Part shown: positions 11,201 to 25,075 of the stretch, one piece after another
Numbering within the stretch: position 1 is the stretch's first letter
How the letters are laid out: the number at the start of each line of letters is the position of its first letter
DNA from: Amoebophrya sp. A120
Taxonomy: Eukaryota > Protista > Dinoflagellata
Assembly (NCBI GenBank): GCA_905178155.1
Contig: CAJINV010000004.1
Location: 4,201,082 to 4,265,081, forward strand
DNA: 64,000 nt
Direction of reading: 5' to 3'
Program-made: the position numbers and the translations under genes
Notes under the pieces: generated by a model
Databases searched by the model: none
What the model saw: only the letters and a program-made list of their open reading frames with translations
What the model was told of the DNA's origin: nothing

Positions 11201-13687
11201 ATGCATAACCGGGCAGCGAGAGCAACGGTGACAAGTCGGACTTCGAGAAAGCGTGGCAACTTTTGAAGGAGGATATTCACTGAAAATGAACCCGCCTCCT
11301 CCAATTTGTCATGCAGAGCATGCAGTAAAGTAAAGTAGACGCTTGCTATCTATGCAAAAAGTGGATCGTGGGGATGGTTAGTTTTCCGGGAATACAGGAC
11401 CGAAAAATCCAGTCTGTTGCCCTGATGAGCGGGTTTTTTGAGTCCAGTATGTTCATTTTCGTGTTCCTCTGGACGCCGGCTATTTTGAAGGCGGACAACG
11501 GTGACATACAAACCCCGCCGTTTGGCCTGATGTATCAAACAAAAAAGTGTTAACGTTAACGGTTTTGCTGGATTGCAAGTATGCATGACAAATTTTGCCT
11601 AGCGCTAGCATGCATGCTACGCATGACAAATTCGGTTACTTAACGTAGTTAACACTTTTTCCTGTGATATGACCTTCGCGGTGTTCATGCTGGGATGCAT
11701 GACGGGCTATCAAAGTGAAAAAAGCCCCCACCCCATAGCAAAATGGAAATTTGTGCCGGTGATTTGTAGACACAAATCACGTTGTAATGCTAGAAGGGAA
11801 GAGATGCGGACTGTAGTGCTGGCTGGCGCAGGAACGCCTTGCGTCTTCAGCATGACAGAAAGGAACTGGAAACGGGAAACAGCATAAGAAACTGCCTCCA
11901 AGCGAAGGAACAACTGCGTCTCTTGGTCTTCTAGCAATACAAGTCGATTTTTGTACTCAAATACAGCAACACAAATTCCGTTTTCGATATGGGGAGGGGG
12001 GATTTTTCCTCACAATACGGGCAGCTGCTTCTTCTCGCACGTCACCACACCAACCGAAGCGGGCGGCTGGGGGTGGGACATCCACCGGTGCGCTTTCTTT
12101 CTCTTCGCCGGGTCCGCCGCAAGCCACGCGATCGTGGTGTTTTCGCAGAGCTCCTTCGCCATTCTGTCCGCGTTTGTCCTGTTTGAGGTGTGCGTCGGGA
12201 TGTACTTTCCCAGCATGGGCCTGCTCAAGTCCAAGGTCGTGCCGGAATCGTGCCGGTCAACGGTATAATTTCAGTGTCAGTTGTTTCTGTATAAGCTTAG
12301 TCAAGTAGCAATTGAAATTGCACATGCATGTACAGAGGTGACCACGAATTTTTGATAGTTGAAGAAGTTGTGAGAAGTGCCGTTTAGGTACTGATAACCT
12401 GTTCTCGGGCGCAGCTGCAGCTGCAGCGACAGGTGGATCCGTCGGTGGTAGGAGCTGGAACTCCGTGGCGAGAAGTGTGTCTCGTCCTCGAGCCAGCTGA
12501 TCTCAAAGCGACACTAGTCAATACAGGTTGATTGTGCTAGAATGAAATTAAAATTTTGAAATTTCGTCGATTTCGCTGATCGTTAAAAATAAAATTTTGA
12601 AAATTCGCGGATTTCACTGATCGTTAAAAATAAAATTTTGAAAATTCGCGGATTTCACTGATCGTTAAAAATAAAATTTTGAAAATTCGCGGATTTGTCG
12701 TCTCCGACGCCGATGCTTTTTACCTTCAAGATTTGAATTTCTTTTGATCGCCATACAATTTCCACCCTCAATGAAAATAAAATTTTAAAATTTCGCGGAT
12801 TTGCTCTCTCTTTTATGTTCCGTGTGTGTTGGTCATTGCCTTACGTGCCATGAGTGAGCACACATATGGGTCCTCTAGGCGCTCATGTAGACATTTGGTT
12901 GTGCTATAGTTTTTCTACGTCAATAAAAATAAAATTTTAAAATTTCGCGGATTTGTCCTTCTCCGAGAGCTCTATTCATTCCGTCCTCATGGTAAGGAGA
13001 AGTGGTTTTTTAGGCTTCTCCGTTGCGCCGGCCGGCCCCCTCGTCGTCGGCGCCGGGTCGACCCAATTGGGTGGTGGAAACGCATGTTGTTGTTAGAGCG
13101 TCGCGTCGTGTGCTGCAGTACGTAGGTCAATGCAAAAGGCCGGCGCCAACGAAAATAGAACACGTCGTGTAACCGGACTATTTAAGTACATCTAAATTGG
13201 TGCTACAATAGAACTGCGTTTTAGTGTATTAGCAGGTGTACTACAGCATGCTATTATAACCCATGATTCGAACAACAGTTGTACAACTTTTTCCGCGTGC
13301 CGCTGAACTTCATCGTTTGTTGCGTGTTGTTGTCGAACGTGCCGGTCAAATTGGGCTTCATTTTCACGACCGCATTGTTGTTCTGCTGCATCTACCTCCT
13401 CTACCGCATGGGTGATGTGGAAGGAATTACCAGCGCGGGCTCGCCTCTGGAAGCGGGGGAAGCGACGCAAAAGGAGCAGATTATCGGGAATGCCGACCTG
13501 GAAGAGGGAAATCCGATTGCGGGAGGGTATATGCACTGCAAAAGTATCGTACTCGTAGTATTGCATTACAAATTAGCTCAGCATGACAAATGGAATTTCT
13601 CATGCTGATTTAGCTTGAAGAAGAAATCTGTCTTGCATGACTGCGATTAGTACGAGGAGTGCGATACTTTTGCACAGGATAGGGTAG
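8259..13687 (+). CDS. MFSD5: MFS transporter, MFSD5/molybdate-anion transporter (DUF791) type; 10 introners and 3 GT-AG introns (8892-9158, 9627-9944, 12263-13278)
   Basis: Spliced motifs ADWLQGPYVYALY, GRILAGVATSLLYSVFESW, FESSMFIFVFLWTP, FEVCVGMYFPSMG, YNFFRVPLN. Stop TAG is formed only after removing the last introner. Confidence 0.88.
8589..8745. mobile_element. Introner family A
   Basis: TATGCATTGCAAAAC..CTTTTGCATTAGATA; TSD TTATC. Confidence 0.9.
9385..9525. mobile_element. Introner family E
   Basis: TATGCAATGTAA..TTACTGTGGATA; TSD ACGCA; restores GRILAG. Confidence 0.88.
9997..10260. mobile_element. Introner family F
   Basis: TATCAAGTGCAAAAATGTCTAGGTCTG / CAGACCCAGATATATTTGCAATTCATA; TSD TCCGT/TCCGC. 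Confidence 0.9.
10467..10676. mobile_element. Introner family G (3' end AAA instead of ATA)
   Basis: TATCCAAGAAAAAACTG / CAGTTTTTTTCTTCCAAA; TSD GACCT. Confidence 0.8.
10723..10871. mobile_element. Introner family A
   Basis: TATGCAATGCAAAAGTATCG..TTTTGCACAGGATA; TSD GGAGG. Confidence 0.93.
10898..11207. mobile_element. Introner family F
   Basis: TATCGAATGCAAATG..GGGTCTGG / CCAGACCC..ATTTGCTATGCATA; TSD ACCCG/ACCGG. Confidence 0.85.
11274..11394. mobile_element. Introner family H
   Basis: TATTCACTGAAAATGAACC / GGTTAGTTTTCCGGGAATA; TSD GAGGA/CAGGA. Confidence 0.8.
11533..11669. mobile_element. Introner family I
   Basis: TATCAAACAAAAAAGTGTTAAC / GTTAACACTTTTTCCTGTGATA; TSD TGATG/TGACC. Confidence 0.85.
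11708..12017. mobile_element. Introner, family B-like
   Basis: TATCAAAGTGAAAAAAGCCCCCACCCCATA / TATGGGGAGGGGGATTTTTCCTCACAATA; TSD CGGGC. Confidence 0.87.
12545..12696. repeat. 41-bp intronic tandem repeat (~3.7 copies) with dispersed partial copies at ~12775 and ~12925
   Basis: CGTTAAAAATAAAATTTTGAAAATTCGCGGATTTCACTGAT at 12581, 12622, 12663. Confidence 0.85.
13530..13681. mobile_element. Introner family A inserted in the stop codon
   Basis: TSD GGGTA; nearly identical to 10723-10871. Confidence 0.92.
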
Positions 13688-14706
13688 GCGAAAAAATGGT
13701 CGTGCGCGGTCAGTAGTAGTACACTTCTCATTTTGCGCAGAGTCTGTCTTCAGCTTCACCGGCAGATGTAGTAGAGTATTGTTGGCGGGCGGGTACAATA
13801 AGTAAAAACGGAAACTGTATATGCAAATAATAGCAAACGCTAACAACGCTAACGAAGGAAGGTAAAAAAGCGAAGCACTTTTTTCTTTTCCCGCACGAGA
13901 ATGCCAATTTCCCAATGTTGAAAGAATCGACGCAGTGGTTACAACACTGACTGTGCTGCCGAAAAAGCTCCGATCGATTGATACTTCTGCTAGCCTCGAC
14001 AAACAACAAGCACTTTTTCTATGTACACGTTGAACACATAATAATATTAGCTTCGGCATCGGCTCCACTGCCACTACCACTGAAAACTCTTTCTTGAGGA
14101 GCATGATGCTGGGTATCGTATTGACTCAATTGGAATTACTCATTTTGTTGAGCCGCGCCTTGAACTGACCGGCGAGAACCGGAACGCTGCGCGGCAGCTG
14201 CGCTCCATCTCACGTTGACGACTACGCAGAATAAAATCCATCAGCATCAGGCGTGCTGGTCAACCAAAAAGCTCTACTAACTTACGAACGCGAGCTGACA
14301 TGTACGTTTTTCATTGACTAGTGGCATGGTCTTTGTTCTAGAACGACTTGGTGTTCATCAGCACGTATTTTGCTCATGCAGCCGTGTAACTGTAGTACAC
14401 AGTGAACGAATAAAAAACGACCACGACGATGAAGTCCACGACCGTAACAAGGCTACTTTCCCCGTTAGCAAATTGAGACGAGCAGCGGGTAGTGATACGG
14501 ATGTCTCAAACTAAGGTGGACGAGAGCATCTTCACTGAGCAGGGCCTCCAGGAGAGGAGTTAGTACAGTGACTGTTCCTCGACCGTGGGAGGAGTGACAA
14601 CATGATGATCTGTGGGAATAGAAGTAGTTTTGGAAACAGTGGCACTCAGAACAGGTGGAAACGAGTGCTTCGAGAAGTAGAAACCACAACTTTCTACATC
14701 TTCACT

Positions 14707-14850
14707 ATGTCCTGCTTTATCGGGCTCTTCGACACTTTTCGGGAGTGCTTCAATCCGAAAAGCATAACGGGCGGCCGCGACGTGCACGCGGCGTACTACG
14801 AGCGCGTACTGATGGCACCACCAAAGGGCACCCCAACGACGGCCACAAAG
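14707..14850 (+). CDS. 48-codon exon paralogous to the MDH N-terminus; probable alternative first exon or micro-gene
   Basis: MSCFIGLFDTFRECFNPKSITGGRDVHAAYY vs [33 protein letters not shown]; ends AAG|GTAC. Confidence 0.6.
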
Positions 14851-15974
14851 GTACATAACAAGATACAATGTCTTTCTAGAATATGAATTCCTCTGGTGCC
14901 CGCATATATATTGAACTTTTTTTTCATTTGCAATATTGCAACTGCTGTGGTTGATCCGTAGAAAGATTTAGGGAGTGTACTATGTGAATGTGCGCGCCAA
15001 GATGCTGCCATCATGCAACGCAGCTGCAAGTTTTTTTGTTTTGTTCAAACTTCGCCTTAGAAGTTGTACCTACTTTTACTTATCCCACGACAGGCCTACT
15101 CTTCGGGGGGTGCTCCAGAGAAGAAGTGAATTGACGCTGATGTTGAAGATGATGTTGCTACATTATTATTACACGCGGACGGGTGATGGAAAATCCTCTC
15201 AAAAATCTTCCTATTTCCTTACCAGCAGTCCCAGTTTTTTGATCGGCTGAAAGAAGAAAAACGGAGACGAGTCTTTCTCTTTGACGTTAATATGAATATG
15301 TGACTTTTTGTTTCCGCTCCACTTGAAAGACGCACATTTAGTGCGTGTGAAGAGAGAAATAACTACGTGCATCTCTTCTACGAGTTCCCGCCGTGTTCAA
15401 CATTCCGCGAATCTTCGTGTGATTCTGGGCTGGAGGTGTGGTTTGTTTCATGTTCTTTTGAGCGATTCTTTGGTCTAGTAATAAATCCCTGTAGCATCTC
15501 GTATGGAAGAGCTTTCTGTGTTTTTTCATTGATGCTGTGTTTCTTGTTTTTTGTGGCTTTGTTTCTTCGAAAGACGAAAGTGGTATCTTCCAGACGGATG
15601 TCCTCATAGGCACGGTTTACAAACCATGGTTCGCTAGAAGTAGAATTTGGAAGTGAACAAGTATCTCGAGTATTTGCTTAGAACGTCCACCTGCTTCCAC
15701 ACCACCGGGTTAGATTTACCGTAGAAAGATGATGACTTAGATCTGGCCCACCTACATTTGCCAACGCAAACTTCTGTCCGTATCAGCGACATACTCAATG
15801 TAAACAAAAGAACTGTACGTCCTCATTTCTACCCCGACAAAGAAGGAAAAGCAGTCCTATCTTGTTCTTCACATATCACGGCATTAGAAGCAGAAACAAG
15901 AAACCAGTCGCGTGCAACAAGGCCCCGCGTTTTTCTTCGTCCCCCGACGTTCAAAGTAGATAAAGTTATCGAAA

Positions 15975-18515
<2,541 letters not shown>

Positions 18516-20030
18516 AGGAGTTTTTACAACCCGTGGGGAGTAAGTCCGGGAGAATGAATATGAATGTCTGAAAATGTGATGAATGACGACACTGTCTGTG
18601 TCTAAATCAGATTCTTCGACTGACTCCTTGTACAGTCACGTTCGTAAGTGACTTTTTTACGACTTGCGGCACCAGGTCAACATTACTTTGGAACACTTCG
18701 CAAGGATACCGCTAAGAGAACAATCTAAACACTTCTATCATCATGAAAGGGATATTTATCAGGATAAACAAGGCATCTAAGCTCTCCGCATCAAATAGCG
18801 TTCTAAGGATGACGCTGCAACGCTTAAGGAATTCAAGGGAAAAACATACGTATCGATTTTTCATCGAAGGTCATTACAAGGAAAAATGGCGCCATAATTG
18901 TGTTGATTTTACAGCATAGTTTCACCGAAATAAGCGAGTATACTTTTTGAACGGGTATGCGACCATCTTTTGCAAGATGGAAGATCTCCTTTGTTGCCAT
19001 CTTTCTGTCCTCGTCCTTGAATATTTTCCGTGGTTTATTTTCAGCGCGGTGTGTCTGTCAGGCACAGGCTCAGGAGGTATTTGCAGATTCATGCGCAACT
19101 GGATTACCGTGTGTAAACATGAAGGAGGACGGGGATAGACATGGGCAGAGCAAAGAAAGAGCAACCGGAACGGCATCGTAAAAAGCCTCTGAATATGAAG
19201 GCTGACATACTCCAAAGAACAACTTACAGGAAAACCGCACAGAGTGAACGAAAAAGCTCGACAAGCACATATACCGACCATTAACACCGGTATTGGAATT
19301 GAATAAAGCAGGGAGTTCTTCAGCGTTATGTAGTGTCCTGCAGCTGTTAATGATATGAGTTGAACCGTTTCTCCTGGCGCAGTCGATGATGTCCCTCCAG
19401 TTGGTGATCATGGTTAAGATCAAGAACTACTCTTTTGTGAAGGTTCCAGCGCCACCAGCAGCTAGATCCATCATCGCAAGCTGTACAACTCCCCGACAGC
19501 CAAGAGTAGGGTGTCGTCTTCAGATCCTCCTCAAAGTAGATTATGCCAGTCTAGTACTAGGAGTTCTCCTTCTCGTTTTTCGCACTACATTTGGCGTCGT
19601 CATGGGTGATCATTCGTACAACTCACGAACAAGCAGAGGTGATGAAGAGAGAGCTTGTTGTACTAGTAGGGCTTCTTCATGTACAATAGACCATCCCCAG
19701 CTCGGCTAGTCGTCTCCAGAACTATGTCCTATAGTTAAGCTTAAGACAGAAGTAGCTTAGTAGTTAGAAGCTGACTATAGAGGTTTCCTCCTCCTCCTCA
19801 TGTACAATAGACCATAACGGACAGCGACAGCAAGGGCGTATGAGCGTTTTCTGTGCGAATATTTCTTGAGCCAGCAACTCTTACAAGTCCAACGCGAACC
19901 CAACTGGCTGTGGCAGATTTACGAAAATTTACCCGTGATATGCGAAGCGTTGGATTGATCACTAGCACCAAGTAGTCAGCATCTGTAGCAGCAGCAGAAC
20001 CACGATCTTAATTTCACGACCCGGCAACTC

Positions 20031-22592
20031 ATGTCAGAAATTGACCTAAGTGAGTACTACAGGGTCTGCGAAGCGGACCCGACACAGATGACGCCTGCAT
20101 GGCTCTTCAGCGTTCTGGAGAAGGTGCATTTTCCACCTGAGAAGGACTGCAACACCCGGAAAGCCACGCCGGCCGGACAGTACTTCACACTGGGGTGCGT
20201 GCCGGTCTACAATAACGGCGCCGCAGCCGTGTCGAAGGAGACGCGCAGCCGCACGATGTTGACGTGCATTCTGACGGCGTACGGGCGACGTATGTTGGGC
20301 GAAGCGGTCGATTTCAGCTCCGTCCAGGTCAACAAGGACGCGCCGGCGGCCCTGCACGTTGACGGGCGTAACGAATCTCCTGTGCGCGCCGTCGCCCTGG
20401 TCGACGAATCGCAATGGGGCACCAACGAGGAGTCTCCGGAAGGGAACACTTGGGTTGCGGATGACCAACACGGGGCGGACTTGTATTGTGGTCCGCTTCA
20501 AACCGGAGGTGAACGTGAACAACTACCCGCGCGGCCGCAGAATATTAAAGCGGGCATGATGGCGGCATTTCCCGGACGCGTCATTGATTTGAAGAACAAA
20601 CTTGGCGTTTTTGATGGCTCCAAGATGCACACGACGATTCCGTACGGTTGTAGCCACTACATTCGGCGGCTCGGGGGCCCGAACGGATTCACAAAGCCGT
20701 CGTTGGCAGATCGTGGTGTGAAAATCGTTGATGAAGTGAAAAATATTTCCGATAAGCCGGACACTGTTAGTCCTAGTACAAACAGCAGTGCGAAAAAGAA
20801 ATCGAAAAGAGAAGCATCTCGTCCTCACGCGCCTCGACGGTATTTTCTGTCGTTTTACACCCACACGAGCGTGCGGAAACTTAGCGAGGCGGACCGGGAC
20901 GAGCTCGCGAAACTGGGATTCCGACTGCCGAGTAGGCAAGAGGCAGGGACGATGAAAATAAATCAAGAGGGTAGAAGTGATACAGGAACATTATCGATCG
21001 ATGGTGATCGTGGAACAAAGGACCACCGTTCGGCCCGCGACGATCATGATGCCCTCGCGACTGGAGACGAAACTTCCAGCCAGACAGGCTCCACCGCGGG
21101 TGAGGCTGCGGCACAGGAGGAGGAAGAAGACTATTCCGGCGAAATTTTGATTGCCCAAATTCGGCAGCGTATCGCAACAGATCTAGAGATGGCAGAAGTC
21201 GAAGTGGTATCGTCCCCTCCTGCTAGTTATTCCCAATCCTCATCTTCTAGTAGTGGCGCGGCGAAAAGGCGTCGGAAAGCTGACGGTGCAGCTTTTTCTG
21301 ACACTGAAGCTGTTGGTGAAGATGAGCTAATATCAGAAGCTTCCGTAGCGGTGCCAGGCCGGTTCGAGTTTGTCGACGAGGAAGGTGTGTCCGAGGAAGG
21401 CACCAGAACGAGTCAAAGTGTCCTTGATGAAGTAACGATGCCGGCGATCTCATCTTCGCGGAAGCGCAAGAATGAAAAAGAGCACGTTGATATTTTGCCG
21501 CCCTCGCTTCGCTGCCCGAGGCCGACAAAGCACTGTATCTGCGGCGTGGCCATTTCCGGAAAGGGGTCCATTGCTGGTTCCTTGGTTGCAGCTTGTTTTG
21601 TGATACCTCCAGGTCGTGCAGAAAAAGACGACACTTGGGGCACGGGCGTGGTCAACCCTCTCAGCCTTCCGAAGAAAAAACGGGAAGCGGTATTCAAGAA
21701 GCTAACAGGCCCTGGAAGCAGCACCGGCATCGGTAGGATCCGCGTTGCGGAGCTGGATACGAAGTTTGGTGGAGCGAACGATCAGGCTGTGCAGGCGGCC
21801 GTAAAGAAATGCGTCGAGGACGTGGAGCGCACACGTGGGCTTCGGATCACCAAGGTACTTACTTACACAACTACATGACGAGCACTTCGATTAATATGGT
21901 GGCCTTTTCATCATGTCCAGTTGCCAGCAGGACGCCGTCGTCCGGAGGTCGGGTTATTGATATGTCTAAACAAAAGCAATCGGTTCGCCTCCGGGCTAAT
22001 TGAAGGAACAAGATGAATAAAAATAGCGCTGCATGATCATGCAAAAAACTCTGCTGACTTACAGGTACTAATAGCCAATCCGGACCACTATGTTCCTGAC
22101 TCGCTCCGGACCCGCAAAGACTTACGGGTCGAAAGGGGATGTCACAATGAGGACTTCGTAGTGGCTGCCGCGAAGTTTTTGTCAAAGGTGACTCATGACG
22201 AGGAGTTCAAGAAAATGGCAACGGACTTTCCCGCGTATCAGTTTGCTAAAAACAATGGCTATGTTTCATCGAAGGCGCATCAAGACGCCCTCTCAGAGCT
22301 CGGGCCGTGCTTGTATCATCGCAAATGCACCAGACCTGTGCAAAACGCCATGATCGCGAGGGATGCTGGACGAAAAGAAAAAACATCCGAAAAAGATACT
22401 GGGACTAAGCAGGCAGCGAAGCCGCCGCCTGGCGGAAAGGAGAAAAAAAATCACGTCCTTGTTGCTAAAAAAGCGAAGCTGGTTACTTCGGCCAGCAAAG
22501 GATTCAGCGCTGCGATAGGTGCTGCGAAGATGTTGAAGTCCACCGCGCATAAAAATGTGCCAGTGGCGAATGCTTATGGGGGGACAAACTAG
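20031..22592 (+). CDS. Fusion of a putative 2OG-Fe(II) dioxygenase-like domain and a catalytically degenerate RNase HII-like domain; GT-AG intron 21855-22064
   Basis: N-terminus: SVQVNK..LHVD..FDGSKMHTT..RYFLSFY. C-terminus: CGVAISGKGSIAGSLVAAC, KKKRE, VLIAN, VAAAKFLSKVTHD, FAKNNGY..HQDALSELGPCLYHRK. Confidence 0.7.
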
Positions 22593-25075
22593 GGGCGACG
22601 AACTGAGAACGGCCTTTTTTCGAGGCTTAGATATAGCGGGTTTTTGGCGAATTGCCCACTTTCGGGGAAGCTCAGGCGAGGCCCCCAGCGTCTAGTTTTT
22701 GCGCAATAGCAGCGGCCTAATGCGCCGAATTCTCTACCTGAAGTTCGCGCCTGCACCACTTGCATTGTTTCGAAAACGGCGCGGCGCTCGCGCTAGAAAT
22801 ACCTTCTATAGAATATCCGCGCCCATTCCGCCCTAAATATTGAATATCCAGCGCGGTATCCTATATCCACGCCGTCCCGTCGTGGATATACACCGGGGGG
22901 GCGTAATATTTTATAAAATGACTTCCGCCGATTTGGCTCCGGAAATGGTTGCCATGGACACAGAAAGTAAATCCGTGCGCGTGCATTTGGGCGCGCTGGC
23001 GAACCAAAAAAATCAAGCAACCCAAGAAATCGAGCCTATATCTAGACGCAAAAAAAAGGCCATTCTCAGTTCGTTTCCGAATTTTGTCCCCCCATACGAA
23101 TGCTATCGCGATGAAGAAGAGCACCATCAAGGTGGTGAAGAAGTAGTGTACTCTCGTCTGCAAACTCCACGCACCAGCGCGAGGCATTGTAAACACCAAG
23201 AATCGTGACAACTACATAGGTCCTTACATATTCCACACTAATTATTTTTCGACAGTTTTCCTTGGCCTGAAGCTGATTCATTGACGCATGCGACATCCAC
23301 GTAAAACGAGCTCTGAAGACAACGCACGACTTCTCAGTGTTTGATGGGCGGTTCAAGTACTTAAGTAGGTTCCGAGAAGGATTTAATAGAACTCGTCTGT
23401 GTTCCATCGTTGAAAGGAGATACAATACTTAGTTTCTGCACTGGTCGTTCTTGTTGACCGAGTTCCTGAGCCTACTAGCTGCGTTTTTTTCACTACTCCG
23501 AGCGCGAGCACGGCCGGGCCCGAGCGAGAATATTCCAAAGGATGCCTGTCTCCGATGTTAAGGGGTGTACGACCTGTTCGAGGGATAAAGATATGAGGTG
23601 GCAGATTTTTGAGAGGACTGCGGTTGCAGTCGTATGTTCTGGTAAGAGGTGAAGATACGACAGGAGAGAAGAAAATAATAAGGAGCAACAAGAATTACTG
23701 GTGCTCGCGTAGAAGGTCCAATCCAAATCAAAGCGCACTCAATATGGCAAACAACTTCGACTCTGCAACCACTTTTCGCTCCCGTACCTACTGGGTTGTA
23801 GCTTCACGGTAGAGCCGCGAGATAGAGGCCCACTGAGATTTACGAACAAGATGGCGTGGCGCTGATGTTGCGCAGCAGCCCTTCGACGAAATATTTGGAG
23901 TGTGTCGCAGTTGGGTTTTGCGAGGCCGAGGAGATTCAAGGTGGCGGGGTTCCGTGTGTGTTTTGCTTGGCCAAGGGGCTGCGCGCGCGTTGATGAAAAG
24001 GGGCGCGCGCACCAGGACACGAGTCAGCGGGCCGGCCTGTGGCGCCGAATGCAGTCAGGCTGCCCTGCTAGTTCAGCAGACCTTCACCGCGCAGCATTCA
24101 ATCGCCAAACAAGGAAGTGCAGGACCGGCCGCCTGCGCTCCAAAAACACGCAACCCGTTGCCCGCGCCAAATCGCTACCGCTAGCGCCCCGCGGCAGTCG
24201 CCTGGCCGTAATCTGCCCCCTTTAACCGGGCGGACCGCCCGAATTTCTCCGCCCCTGTGCGCAGCAGTATGCCGCCGGGCCGCGCCTACCCTTCGTTCTG
24301 GGGGGGAAAACAGGCGGGCGGTGGGCACAAAGCCGCCGCCGCCCGGCCCAGCCAACCTCGCACCTTCGCGCCGCCCTTGCTGAGCAAGGCGGCAACGGAG
24401 GAAAGCGCTGGGCGTGTTGTTGTGGCCGCGCGCCATGCGGTCACCCACCCAGCCAAGCGCGTGGGGCCTTTCTTTCGTTGGCCGCCTGCTCAGTTGGTTC
24501 GCTCGCTTTTTGCTGTTGCCCAGGGCGGACAAAGCCGCCCGCCCGGGTTTGGCGCCCGCCGGCCCCCTTTCCTGACGAGACGGGTGTTTTACCCGCCGAA
24601 AATGCGAAGGGGCTGGCCGCTGGCAGCGTGGGGGTGGGACGGGAGCTGTTTTCCCGAACCGGCTCTGTGTCGCAGGGGCGGAGCTGTCTCTGCCTGCTTT
24701 GCATTTGCAAACTGTTGTGGTGCGTGCCGCACTTTGTTCAAATGGATGCCGGCTGAGGAGTGTCTGGGCCACCAGAGTGTTTAGCCTAGAGAGGGCGCGC
24801 CGCGTACGTAAGCATGGTTTCGGATGAGTTGCAGTTCCTAGCATCAAATCTAGAAACAAAAGATAGCGCCGGTGACCGTGGTTCCGGTTCGCGATCGATG
24901 AGAGGCGAAGTTGAATGTTGAGGATGAGCTGTTCTGCGTAGTTCGCGCCGGATCATATCCCTCTCCAACCAGCGATCATGAAGTTAAAGACCGAGGAGTC
25001 TACTTCTAGACAAAAAGTAGGGGATCTCACGTTCATCATCCGACTGCAATAACGAAGATATCAGAATCGACGAAG

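Noticed and set aside
19677-19820. Short direct repeat TCATGTACAATAGACCAT
   Set aside because: Two copies only; likely a local duplication.
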